Shown: positions 13,357-25,678 of the stretch, one piece after another
How positions within the stretch are numbered: the stretch's first letter is position 1
How the letters are laid out: each line of letters opens with the position of its first letter
NCBI GenBank assembly: GCA_964016885.1
Contig: OZ024743.1
Span: 48,546,001-48,610,000, forward strand
From: Eledone cirrhosa
Lineage: Eukaryota
DNA: 64,000 nucleotides
Direction of reading: 5' to 3'
Notes under the pieces: generated by a model
Seen by the model: the letters and a program-made list of their open reading frames with translations, nothing else
What the model was told of the DNA's origin: nothing
Database searches by the model: none
Made by a program: the position numbers and the translations under genes

Positions 13357-13724
13357 ACTCATATATCAGGTCATTTTACTGCTGGTATTAAATTTAATAC
13401 TTAACCAATTATATTTATTTTTGTTTTTACATAGTGGGTAACATGAATGTTTTAATATCGAAGACAAAGGTTTAATTCTTTTAGATCTACAGTTCAGGAT
13501 ACTCATATACCAGGGAGTAATTTTTCTGCCGGCATTAATATTTGTATTTAGCCAATTATATAGTGGCTAGCATGTATGTTTTAATATCGAAGATATGGCA
13601 TTAATTATTTTAGATCTACAATTCAGGATACTTAATCCAATTATATTTACATTTATTTTAACATAGGGGATAGTGTGAATGTTTTATGAAGACAAATGTT
13701 TAATTCCTTAGGATCTACAGTTCA
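13357..13724. repeat. Degenerate tandem repeat, about 3 copies of a ~100-140 bp unit
   Basis: ccaattatat...atgttttaatatcgaaga...ttagatctacagttca recurs three times. Confidence 0.75.
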
Positions 13725-15626
13725 TTTTCCTATTGATATTATAAAAGCATTAAAAGTTCTTAACAATATCCATAGTCTTCTTTATTCAAAGGAGTTTTTA
13801 TATCGTAAATATGTCTACCTACTATTTTGGTTTCTCAGACATATGGAATAAAACATGTCAGTTTATTCTTGGAAGATATTATCTTCCCACTCCCTCCACT
13901 CTCATAAAACGCCTGTAATAATGAGATATTTTGTGTGAAATATTAGTCACTATTTTCTTGCTTGACTCCTCAGTTATTATAAGCATTCAACATGTAATTT
14001 GTCCTGATAACAGCTTGCTGAATGTAAGCCGATAAATACAAATGGCGATCTCAAAATATTTTAAATGAGTTCAATAGAAATTAAGATATTTATTTCTATA
14101 TAATAATATTCTGATGAAAACTTCTTATTCTGTGTGTATGTACATAAGAAACAGAAAAAATTGCTTTACAAAGTGTTGAGCAAATTTGAATTGTGAAAGG
14201 ATGTTAGTTTATTGTAAGCTGCTACAATACAGTTTTAACTATAAATTAGCCAAATAGGTTGGGTATATAAACCACTGAAGGTGAAAAAAATGGACAGTCA
14301 CTAGCAGAGAATGTACTCTCATCTGCTGTATGCCAGATATCTGCATTACCATTAGCCCAAAGTTTGATTGTCCACTTTTACTCTGACCACTTTTCCCCTT
14401 CTCCAGGTGTTTATACACCCAACTTATTTCACTGTTTAATAGTTAAGTCTATGTTGCAACAGCTTAGAATAAGGTAACATAGTTTCAAAATATGGTAAGA
14501 GTCAGTTATATGGTGAATATTATTTAAACTTTTTTAAAAATTCTTTCTTTCCTTCTTAATGCTTAAAGAGCATATGACTTAATGAGGAGAATAATGTGTG
14601 AGTTACATTAGTATATTACAACCTTACAGCATTCTCATACTTGCATCTATCTATTTCAAGAATTTAGTCATTGTATAACAGTATCTGGTGGCTCTCTTTG
14701 TTACTGTGGGATGCAGTAAAGCCTTATTTGTACCCATAAATTATATCTGTTCAATGAACTCCCAACTCACTCATTGAAACTACTGCATCTCTCATCCTAC
14801 AACAGAAGGAAGTTGTTTTTCTTTATTAAAAGTAATACTTGTAATATATACTGTTATTTGCAGTAAAAAAATGTCTCTCCTTTAACAAATTATTGGAAAC
14901 ATTTCAGTTTTTAAGATAGGTTTTCATCATTTAAATTTATAGTTTCATCATCATCACCACCACCATGTTGGCATGGGTTTAAACGAGTCATTATAGATCA
15001 AGTCAGTATTTAATTGAAGCTACTGACCTTCTAGATGGGCCAAGGAACCATATCTTGCTTATATATGTTCCAGTTTTGGCATGGTTTCTACAGCTGGATG
15101 TCCTTCCTCACACCAACTGTTTTACAGAGTATAGTGGGTAGATTTTATTGTGGCACCAGCAGTAGAGAGAGGTGGTTTGTAAGATTCATTCATTGACTAC
15201 AGAGGTAAACTAGTGTGTGAAGGTGGGTGTGATCTCTTTCACTTTATTTCTCCAATGTAGATGAATATATAACCCTTTTGATACCAAACTGCTTAAAACC
15301 GCTTCAGGTTCTATGATACAAAGTTGTTAATTTTAAAGCCATCATCATCATCATTACTTGTTTATATTTATCTAAAAACTTTCCATTATAATTCTTGCCC
15401 TCCTAGAAGTGTTCGAGGAACACATCTTGTTTGTGTGTTCCATTTTTTACATGGTTTCTACAGCTAGATGCCCTTATTAACACCACTTTAAACTTAGTGC
15501 ATTTTATCATAGCACCAACACTAGAGAAGTTGCCATGTTCTCAGTAATATTAAAGAGTGCTCACAATCTACCTCTTTCATCAACCACACAGTGTACTAGA
15601 TATATTTTATGATAGTACCAGCACTG

Positions 15627-15915
15627 GTGAAGGCTCTTGGCCTAGTGGTAAGGATGCTGGACTTATGATCATAATGTTGTGGGTTCGATTCCTGGGCTGG
15701 GCTGTGTGTTGTGTTCTTGAGCAAAACACTTTATTTCAGGTTGCTCCAGTATACTTAGCTGAAAATGAGTACCAGGAATAGCTGGGGGGTTTAACCCTGT
15801 GATCGACTGGCATCCTGTCCAAGGGGGAGTCTTGTACTCTCAGTTGCTTCATGCCATGAAGCCAGGATAAGCACCGGCCTAATGAGCCTTCAGTCTTAAG
15901 ACTTAGACTTTAGAC
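15627..15915 (+). mobile_element. Full-length tRNA-derived SINE
   Basis: A-box TGGCCTAGTGG, B-box GGTTCGATTCC, (agactt)n tail. Homologous to 63577-63856. Confidence 0.85.
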
Positions 15916-17734
15916 CAGCACTGACAAGGTGGTCTTATACCCCCACATGACTAAAGAGTCCTCACTATTTTTTATTAATTCAAGGCAACATGTCTAAAAG
16001 AGGGAATAGTAGAAGGGTTGTTGTGTCATTGATGCAACTGATAAGTCCTCTCTTATGGCAGGATTTCTAAGTTGTTAACATTTGAGTGTTGCCAGTACTA
16101 GAGAGACTGAGACTAGTGGGTATCATTGACAATAGATTACCCTGGAAGAAAATGAAAATATGTTTTTCAGTTCACTAGATTCATTGCATACATACACATT
16201 AAGGTTAGGGCTCTCTCATTGGCTCTGTGTGTACAGAAATCATCATCATCGTAACTGTTTGTCGAATTTTCAGGCTTGCATGAGGTAGACAGCGTGTCAT
16301 GTTATGAGGTTAGCCAGGTCAGGTGACCACATCTTGCTCATACAAGTTTTTTGGCTAGACTTTTTATGGCTAAATGCCCTTCCTAATGCCAACCCCGTTA
16401 CAGCTTTTACTGAGAATTTTTTGTGGCATCACCAATTTCACTTTATAGAGTGGTCTGGTTGCTTTTTGTTGTGACACCAATACAGCTACCTAAAAGAGCT
16501 GACTGGGTGCTTTTTTGTTGTGGTACCAGTACAATCACCTTACAGAGTGGACTGGTTGCTTTTTGATAATGCATCATCACTACCACTGTACAAGGTGTAC
16601 TGGAGTGTCTGGTTTCCCATGCATTCATGCATGGGTTAGACAGGACAGATGTATTGAGTGTGGAGGGGGTATATCATCATTGTGGAGCATCCCCCCATGT
16701 CTGGGCCTGGTTGGTTGTCAAGCTCTGAGACTAGGTTAAACAGGAGACCATGCCTTGTTCATACATTGTTTTTGTTTTGGCTTGGCCTTCCCAGCTCAAT
16801 GTTCTTCCTAACCCTAACCAAGCAATTTTGTTGTGGTACAAGGTGAGGCGCCTGGCTTTCTGTATTAGAATGTGATGCATAGTAGGGCCTCCATTTTTGT
16901 ATGTTGGTATGGGGATGAAAATGGGGTCTGTCTTTCAATGCTGAAAAGTAATGAAGGGTGGGGTGGGAGAGCTGTCTTTCCATGCTTGGATGCACAAAGT
17001 GCGACGGATGAATGAGAGTGGAGCATGCAAAAGGAATCCGATAAATCAAACATGTGAATGATACCTAAATTAGTTTCTAGTGATTGTAAATGCTTACAAC
17101 AACAATAAATATATTGCATCCGAAGAACAATTATATTTGATTGACAAAGATAAAAATATCCTTCTTTCTCTCACATCCATACCTCCATTAATAATAGAAG
17201 AAAACTATGTTCAGACATCTGACTGTCCTATTATGAAAGCTGAGCATTGTTTTGCAGTCCCAAGCACAATTTTAACATCTCCCAGATGGCAGTAAGATGA
17301 TGTTGATTGCTTAGTTTAACCAATAGATAAAGTTGATTTCCTCCATTTAGTGCATGGACCCCAAACCTTTTATATGATCAATCTCTTCGTGGAATCCTTG
17401 ACAAAAATAAATCAGTAAAAAGAATATAAAAACAAAGGACAATAAAGACTAATTATATATTATTCAGAAACCTGTATAAGCAAGTTGTATTTTATTGTAT
17501 TATTTTATGTATTTTCATTTCTGATAGGTTTTGACCTAAAAGTTCAGCTGAACTCCTAAGTAGTCTCATCAACAGCTGGCTGTTGATATTGACCACCTAG
17601 GTGGCGCTTGAGTTAGAGGAACGAGATGTCAATAATGTTCATTATATGATTATATTGGCCATATTGATATTCATAGACCTTTGTACTTTTTTCTGTCATT
17701 TGAAATGTATTTCATTTTTTTTTTTCTATTTCAG

Positions 17735-17843
17735 CATCATTAATGGATTTGCTCTCCCTCTGAAGCAAGAACACAAACTGTTTTTAATCAGGGTTCTCAT
17801 CCCATTGCATAAAGCTCGCAGCTTGAGCCTTTATCATGCACAA
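17735..17843 (+). CDS. PPP2R5: PP2A B56 (B') regulatory subunit, internal exon (s)[36 protein letters not shown]
   Basis: Pyrimidine tract and ttcag acceptor, gtaagt donor, 109 nt (phase 2 to 0). The translation matches the hallmark B56 motif [21 protein letters not shown]. Confidence 0.96.
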
Positions 17844-18204
17844 GTAAGTTGATTCAATCAGACATTTTTACATCAATTGAACTATTTATTAATGCTTAAG
17901 CAAATATCTTCCAAGTGATTGCAGTGAGAGAAATTTATTATTTTAATCCATTTTCTCTTCTAATCAAATAATATTAATTAACATTTTATATATAACATTT
18001 TATAATTGTGACAAACTTGGTAAATTACAAAATAATTTATATTTGTGGTAACTGAGGTTTAATAATTAAATTTATTTAGTGTGTGACTTGCTCTAAATCA
18101 CTACTACATTAAAATTTTACATATGAAATTGAACTTGGTTTCTTTCAACTATAAACCAGATTTGTTTTTTAGTTTAAATCATATCTTTTTTTATTGTTCC
18201 TTAG

Positions 18205-18258
18205 CTGGCATACTGCGTTGTACAGTTCTTGGAGAAAGATGCCTCTCTTACCGAAGAA
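18205..18258 (+). CDS. PPP2R5: PP2A B56 exon LAYCVVQFLEKDASLTEE
   Basis: ttag acceptor, gtaagt donor, 54 nt, phase 0/0. Continues the B56 sequence (LAYCVVQFLEKD). Not in the ORF track. Confidence 0.96.
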
Positions 18259-20152
18259 GTAAGTCATGGGCTTTAGTTATTTGTTTGTCTTTATAATGTC
18301 ATCACATTGCTCTACATGCTCCAGGAAGACTTTAATGTAGAATTATGAAGAAATGTAGTCTGTATTAAAAACTTGATTCACTGTTAACTCTTTTGTTACC
18401 ATATTTTTAATGAAATACACAGCCTATGATTTTCAATTAATTTAAAAAATAATAAAATAATTGGAGGGTTATAGTAATACAATTAACTTCTTCATTATCA
18501 TATTGGTGCTTAGAGCATAACTTGAAAGGTTTATACAAAACATTATAATGGAAAGTTTAAATTTAAACATGAACACTTTTAAAACAAAGCATGTTTTTCA
18601 CCATAAAACCAAAGGCAGTTTCAGATGGGTTGGTATCAAAAGTGTTGCTGGGGTTCATAAATTAGCAGTACCACATGACTCCTACCAGTTTTGCTTATTA
18701 GACATTTTCTTCCAAGGAATTCTATCCCTTTGCTTAGTTTAGAAACCACTGCAGTAAACCATTAACCTACACTATCATTTCCAGTTGATTTGGGTCTCTA
18801 GTACCCAGCTTTTACCCTCTGGTTTCTCACATCTGATAGATGGAATGAAGTAGTATGTGGCTATTGCAGGGCTCAGCACAGCTTCATTGATGGAATATAA
18901 ACTTGCTACTCTCTAGTCAACCAAATTACACAGCTAAACCTGTCTTGTAAAAACTGACAATGGTTTAGTGGTTAACTGCCAATTCAGACTAGGTATAATT
19001 GGCAGTTTCAGTGAGACATCTGTCGTAGTGGAGTTAGCCTTTCAGTTGCCTAATATCAATAAAATGTGTTTGTTATAGACAGGTTTAATTGTTTTGATTA
19101 AACTGATTTTGTGGGTCAATATGTGTTTTATTTGCTGTTCCTGAGCCAACAATCAACAAGATTATGTATGCATGGACATATTCCTAAACAAATCAATTCC
19201 ATCTTTGAAATATGTTCACATTTTCAGGCACTAAACTCCTACTACTAAATTTCCTCAATCTCACAAGTTGTTTTACTTGATAAAAGTGATTTGGAGAGGA
19301 GCATGATGCAAAAATGGAAGGAATTAGAGGAAGACAATGTAAGAATAATGAAAGCCAAGGTGTTGCTCAGTAAAATAAAGAAGTTTGTCATGGGGGCCCC
19401 CGCAAGAAAATTGGCATTAAAATACTTGTTGTTTACATCTAATTGATAGTCTTCTCTATATATTCCATTTTTACATGCTTGCATGGATTGGATGGGTCTT
19501 CTCCAGTACAACATTCCTTCACTTGTTATGTTCAGTCATCATCTCCTCCACTGTTTAAGTTTAACCCTTCTAATACCAAACTGCCCCTAGTTCTACATTT
19601 TAAAACTTAGTTTTAAAGTGCTTATGTTTATCTAAAAACCTTCCTTCATAATTTCATGTAAGAACTTTTATTAAGCTATGGTCTAAACACCAGTTTAATA
19701 ATGATAAAGTTAGTTATATTATTAAATATTTTCAAATACTTTATTATTTACAAAATTATATCAAAATCAGTGTCTTTCATTAGAAATATGTAAATAAAAG
19801 TATTAACTATTTATGAATTTCTCTTCTATTGGAGAACCAGTTTTAACACATTTGATGGTTTTCGTGATTGTTTTCAAAGAATCTTGTAAAGTTTTATTTT
19901 AAATATTTTTATTGTTAGACTAATAATTTGTTACTGTTTTCTTTAGTAAATTTGAGCTGTTCTTTCCCAAACTATAGCTTTCATCCAAACAGGATTATTT
20001 ATACCCACCATTCGGTGTTATTTAACTACAAATGAGGTAATTTCTTTAATCAAAAAAGATAATTTTAAATTTAAATTCTATTAAAGCTCTAAATGAAAAT
20101 TGCCTCTTTTAATGGAACTATTCCTGACTTCTTCATATGCTACAGTCAATTA

Positions 20153-22029
20153 CACTGTGTAACATATTTTTTGTTCCACGGTTCTAAGTGTCATTTCATG
20201 GTTTGTTATATCCCATTATTATAAAAAAAACACTATTATTTAATCAGAAGTTTGGGTTTGTGGTCAGGAATTTGATATTTCGAAATTTTCATATTTTTCA
20301 AGAAAAAAAACATTTTTTTTAAATTTATCAGTTCATATAATTAAATCAACAGAGTATATATTTATTTTATTACACAAGCTTATCAAAAGCAAACAAGTAA
20401 AAACAAATAACACTTATAAAGCAACTTATACACGTCAGAAATGACTGGATTTCCTGGATTTGCGGTTGTAATCCAGGTCGCATTCCCGCACTAGCCCCCA
20501 AATATAGCCCCCATCATTTTTTCATTGTAGTGGCCCTGGTACCTTCGCTCTATCTCTTTCACATCTTGGTGGAATCAGTCGCCTTGTTCTTCTGAGTAGG
20601 CGCCCATATTGTCCTTGACTTTTCCAGGTGAGCGTCCAGCATATGGAGTTTAAGCGACATCCTGCATCCCATGGCGCCAAAAGCCTTTATCAGATCCTGC
20701 ACCAGTTGCTGGTAGTTTTCAGCTCTGTAGTTGCCCAGGAAGCCCTTAACAACTGCCTTGAAACAGTTCCATGCTGTTCTCTCAATCCTATTGAGCTTAT
20801 TGGAGAACTCGGTAGACTCAAACACCTTCTTTATCTGAGGTCCAACAAAAATTCCACCTTTGATTTTGGCCTCAGATAACTTGGGGAAGAACTCAAGAAG
20901 GTACTTAAAAGCGGCTGATTCTTGGTTGAGAGCCTTCACAAACTGCTTCATCAACCCCAACTTAATGTGCAGTGGCGGCATGAGCACAATCCTGGGATCA
21001 ACCAGTGGCTCCCACATGACGTTCCGGGTCCCAACTACAAATTCTGTTCGCTGCTCCCAGTTCTTTCTTTTGTAGTGGTCAGAGGTGGCCCTGCTGTCCC
21101 AAAGGCAGAGGAAGCATTGGAATTTGATAAAGCCTCCTTGGAGTCCAAGCAGGAAAGCCACCATCTTGAAGTCTCCAATGATTTCCCAATTGTACTGGTT
21201 GTATTGCAGAGCTTTCACACTGTAGTAATCTTCCTTCAGGTAGACTGAATGAGCTAGTGGCATTGTGGAGGAGGACAGCCTTCAAACTTGTGGTGGAGCT
21301 ATCTATAAATAGCCGCCACTCCTTGGGCACAAACGGCACCCCAATAATATCAAACAGTCCAAGCACGTCATGGCAGAAGTAGAGGCCATCCCTAAGAGTG
21401 TAAAAGCCTGAGAAAGGTTTGTGTCGACTTCTCTGACTTGTCACCTGACCCAGGTCATTGACTTCTTTTTGGTTTGGGAAGTGAGGAACTTTTTTTGGTA
21501 CCTCAGGTAGGTAATCCAAGTCCTCAGCATCCATTTCCTCCTCTTCATCAGAATACTTGTCTTGGAAAATAAATTTGATATACAATACAAAATAAATATT
21601 GGTAAGGGAAATACATATTTAAATAATATAAAAGAACACTAATCATACTAATGAAAATTTGTGCTTAAAACACAACTTACCCTTTATTCAGGGTGCAAAA
21701 TCCAGTATCAATAAATCTCTTTAATCCACTTTTTAACAATTTTATACTTTATTGCACTTTTATAATTTTCTTTAGGTATTACTCTTTATTTTATAATTTT
21801 AATTTAACCTGAAACATATATAAAAAAAATAATTTAACATAAGCAAATTAAACTTACATACAACGTAAAATGCAGCATACAAATAATTCTAGTGAATAGC
21901 TTAGAATTTTTACAAACCCAAACTTTTAACTGTTTAATAGCACTTTTTTATTTACTTGGGACCTAAGCAACACACAAAAGTGATTACAAGCCAGGAACAG
22001 AGAAAAATAAATCTTTTTGTTACACAGTG
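20153..22029 (-). mobile_element. Chapaev3 (CMC superfamily) DNA transposon, internally deleted and non-autonomous
   Basis: Termini CACTGTGTAACA / TGTTACACAGTG, TTA target duplication (20150-20152, 22030-22032) and subterminal inverted matches (20248-20261 vs 21912-21925). Confidence 0.85.
20435..21562 (-). pseudogene. Frameshifted Chapaev3-type transposase
   Basis: WRLFIDSS..SLKAVLLHN, GDFKMVAFLLGLQGGF.KF.CFLCLWDSRA, PPLHIKLGLMKQFVKAL, GIFVGPQI and MSLKLHML motifs across shifted frames. Confidence 0.85.
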
Positions 22030-22176
22030 TTATCTCTAAATACATTAAGTTTAACCTCCATTATTTAAGAATTCTATGAATAAATCTGTTTTCATTATAC
22101 ATTTCTTAAAATACTATCAAGGTTTCACAGTGAACAATTGTTTTTTTTTTCTTTTATTGTTGTTATTTGTTATATT

Positions 22177-22776
22177 TGTTGGGTGTAGTGCTGGAGTTAT
22201 TGTTTGTTAGGTGTAGTGCTGGAGTTATTGTTGTTGGGTGTAGTGCTGGAGGTATTGTTTGTTAGGTGTAGTGCTGGAGGTATTGTTGTTGTTTGTTGGG
22301 TGTAGTGCTGGAGGTATTGTTGTTTGTTAGGTGTAGTGCTGGAGGTATTGTTGTTGTTTGTTGGGTGTAGTGCTGGAGGTATTGTTGTTGTTTGTTGGGT
22401 GTAGTGCTGGAGGTATTGTTGTTTGTTTGTTGGGTGTAGTGCTGGAGGTATTGTTGTTGTTTGTTGGGTGTAGTGCTGGAGGTATTGTTATTTGTTTGTT
22501 GGGTGTAGTGCTGGAGGTATTGTTGTTGTTTGTTGGGTGTAGTGCTGGAGGTATTGTTGTTTGTTAGGTGTAGTGCTGGAGGTATTGTTGTTTGTTTGTT
22601 GGGTGTAGTGCTGGAGGTATTGTTGTTGTTTGTTGGGTGTAGTGCTGGAGGTATTGTTGTTGTTTGTTGGGTGTAGTGCTGGAGGTATTGTTTGTTAGTT
22701 GTAGTGCTGGAGGTATTGTTGTTTTGGTGGTGTGGTGCTGGAGGTATTGTTGTTTTGGGGGTGTGGTGCTGGAGGT
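22177..22776. repeat. Minisatellite, ~19 copies of GGTGTAGTGCTGGAGGTATTGTT plus a variable (GTT/GTTT) linker
   Basis: Directly visible; unit length about 27-35 bp. Confidence 0.92.
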
Positions 22777-22873
22777 TTTATTTTTTTTAAATCTTTTTTT
22801 TTTCTACCAATTTTGTTTTATCATTGGATGTTTCATATTTTTCAAAGAAATAATCAGATATAATTTGGATATA

Positions 22874-22950
22874 CAGGGTACAACAGCAAAACCTACCATA
22901 TTTTACACAGTCAACCATTAAAATACAGGAAGTATTTTTACCGCACCCTG
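22874..22950. mobile_element. Tiny Tc1/mariner-like remnant
   Basis: TA-CAGGGT...ACCCTG-TA termini. Confidence 0.4.
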
Positions 22951-23313
22951 TATAAGGAAATATCAAAAGCTGTTTCTAAACTATAGAATTTAAGTAAATT
23001 ATTTCTTTGTATTGTAATGGCTTTGTTCCTATTGACAAACACTATTGGTAATTGCTGTGCATAAAATAAAATCTCAGTCAAATGATACTTATGATGTAAT
23101 ATATAGACTGAAGGGGCTGTTATTCAAATAGTCACTGACTGATCTCTCAATACAGTGGTAACAGATTGAATAACTGTTTGTTTACCATTGTTAGAATGTT
23201 GGACTCACAATCATAATATCATTGGTTGGATTCCTGGATGGACGGCACATTGTGATCTTAAACAAGACATCATTTCACATTGATTTCTATAATAGTATTG
23301 GGGCCCTTATTAA

Positions 23314-23529
23314 CCCTTTTTAAACCGACCATATCCGGCCAGAGTTCTCTCACCTTTTTCTGTTCAAACCAGCCGTAACCAGCTGCTCATACTGATGTTA
23401 AGGTATTGTTCGCAAAATAAATAATATCAAAATTTCAGATTCGATATTATGTGGGATAATTATGTGAGATAAAGTCTTTACCACAAAAATACGGTAGTAC
23501 ATATATAGAGTAATGTAAATGCTAAAGGG
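23314..23529. mobile_element. piggyBac-like MITE family 1, copy 2 (orientation A)
   Basis: TTAA-CCCTTT...AAAGGG-TTAA; internal homology to 8144-8363. Confidence 0.8.
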
Positions 23530-24461
23530 TTAAAACATCCAAGAAACCTCCTATAAGATAAAATCTCATAGAAAGCCAGCTAACCCTTCATAGGCATGAG
23601 TTGTAAATTACATTTTTTTCCCCCACTCTAATCCTGGCAGTTATGTTGGTCTTATAAATGCAGGCATGTCTGAATGGTTTGTAATTATGAGGTCTCCCAG
23701 TTTTGATCCTTTTACATGAAATATTAGGTATATGCCTTTATCATAGCCTTGGGTTGACCAAAGCCTTGTCGACTGAATCTGTACAGAAGCCTGTCAAATA
23801 GATTGTATCTGTAATTAAAAAGTCCAGCCTTGTCATATACTGTGTCACATATTGCGTCACACTGATTACACTCGAGAATTACATTCAGGTTACATGTGTC
23901 TGTAGAATACTCAACCAGTTACATGTTAATTCACAAACTGGATATTCAGCTGATCAAATGACTGAATGCTTATTGCTGAAATTGACTGAGGAGCCATCTT
24001 CATCAATGTCGTTATTGTAAACCTTATCTAAGATTTTCATCTTCAAAACCTTGTTTTTATATTCAAATGGAGACTTTATTCAGCAAGATTTTAACTACTT
24101 TATAGAAGTTCTCTCATCTATAAATGACTTTATAGAAGTTCTCTCATTGGTTTCCTCTGTTAGCCTGTTTAATTTTTATTACTATATTTTTTAATGGAAG
24201 ATACTGGCAATGATTTAATGATAATAATTTTCTCATTATTTGATGTTTGGAATTTACAGGTCCTTACATAAATTTATGATGGAAGGGTTTTAGAGAAGTG
24301 TAAACTCTTTAAGCTAAACAGCATTTTATATCACAAAACCAGGGTCATTTTCAAGCAGTTTGGTATCAAAATGGTTGAGAAGTATTTTTGTCAGAAATTG
24401 AAATTTTTTCTGCTTTTTAATTCAGTTAATTTGTTGTTCACTCATTATTTCTTTTTAAAAA

Positions 24462-24648
24462 GGGCGGTGGATTGGCAGTATCGGTAGAGGGTCGGACGCC
24501 ATGCTTTCCAGCATAGTTACGTCCCTTTACGATCTGAGTTCAAATCCCGCCGAGGTTGACTTTGCCTTTCATCCTTACGGGGTCGATAAAAAATAAAGTA
24601 CCAGTAATGCACTGGGTAATTGCTGGCCTTATGCCTAAAGTAGAAACA
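24462..24648 (+). mobile_element. SINE (family 2) with an 18-bp target site duplication
   Basis: B-box gagttcaaatcc. TSD attatttctttttaaaaa at 24444-24461 and 24649-24666. Homologues at 52829-53020 and 59176-59360. Confidence 0.85.
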
Positions 24649-25140
24649 ATTATTTCTTTTTAAAAAATGTCACTGTATTTTGTTGTGTAGCTCGCAAACC
24701 AGACCTCACCAATCACAACAAACACATTTTTTAAAGTCCAACGGGCCTCACGACAAGATTCATAGTCACCACTGAGTCTATTGGGAGATGTTTTACAACC
24801 AGATACCCTTCCTAGTACCTGCCCTTTTAGTCACTTGTTATGGTGCACAGGGATGTAGTATACCTATTTTAAATTGGATGCATACATCAAATTCCAATCA
24901 GCACCACACTCACCCTTACCCTTCTCTCAGTATAACATATCTAATACATTCACCTTTCTTTAAAATGATGCGTTTTGTGGGCGATTTCATTGATAATTCT
25001 ATCAACTCAAATAATTGTGTAGAGGCTCCTTTTGGCAAAAAGGGATCCCATGATATGGTGTTAACTACAGTGCAGGTCACAGTGACCTGCATCATAGAGA
25101 TAACCATTGAATCTCATTAAAAATATTAAATAATATTCTT

Positions 25141-25397
25141 TAACCTTTTCATTATTATAGTTTTAATAAAATACACTGCATATAACTTTCAAATAATTTT
25201 GAAAAATAATCAAGCATGTGGAGGGATTTAGTAATATAACTAACTTTCTCATTTATTTAGCTGGTGTTTGGAGCATAACTTATAAAGGTTTTTACATATT
25301 ATGAAGGAAGGTTTTTACATTAATATAAACACTTTAAAACAATTTTCTATCATAGAAACAGAGCTAGTTTCAGGTAGTTTGGTATTTAAAATGTTAA
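25141..25397. mobile_element. Old piggyBac-like MITE family 2 (relatives near 18385, 30121, 34587, 54703, 54808)
   Basis: ttaaCCTTTTcattatt...ggtatttaaaatgTTAA. Shared internal motifs aatacactgc, ttttgaaaaataat and ggtgtttggagcataa. Confidence 0.6.
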
Positions 25398-25570
25398 TTC
25401 TAAAACAGAACAATATTATTGAAAATAGTGACCAAAATTCAAATTCTTATATAGAACTGTGTGTGTTAAAAAAATATTTTAATTGAAGACTGTTTTCAAT
25501 TATAATTACAGAAATAGTCAGTAGCCTTTAACCCAATTTAATGAGCAGTTCAATTTGCTATTTTTTTCAG

Positions 25571-25621
25571 GCTGTCAAAGGACTATTAAAATTCTGGCCT
25601 AAGCAATGTAGTCAAAAGGAG
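25571..25621 (+). CDS. PPP2R5: PP2A B56 duplicated exon, variant A: AVKGLLKFWPKQCSQKE
   Basis: tttttttcag acceptor, gtaagg donor, 51 nt, phase 0/0. Matches B56 alpha/epsilon VIRGL(L/M)KFWPKTCSQKE. Confidence 0.93.
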
Positions 25622-25678
25622 GTAAGGTTTTCAATGATTTCCTTTTCTAAAGAGAAAAATCAATTCTTTTTCTTTCAG

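Noticed and set aside
14407-14473. Possible cryptic/poison exon (ttctccag|...aag|gtaaca)
   Set aside because: Splice-like signals alone are common in long introns; no homology or other support.
15627-15700. tRNA gene (also 9455, 24462, 52829, 63577)
   Set aside because: A/B boxes continue into shared SINE cores and tails, and I could not build a full cloverleaf.
17548-17586. AELLSSLINSWLL as the missing upstream B56 exon (AELLEILGSIING)
   Set aside because: Only a 4-residue exact match, an in-frame stop follows, and there is no suitable donor. The true upstream exon was not found in the window.
22177-22776. CRISPR-like repeat/spacer pattern
   Set aside because: The linkers are short low-complexity GTT slippage products.
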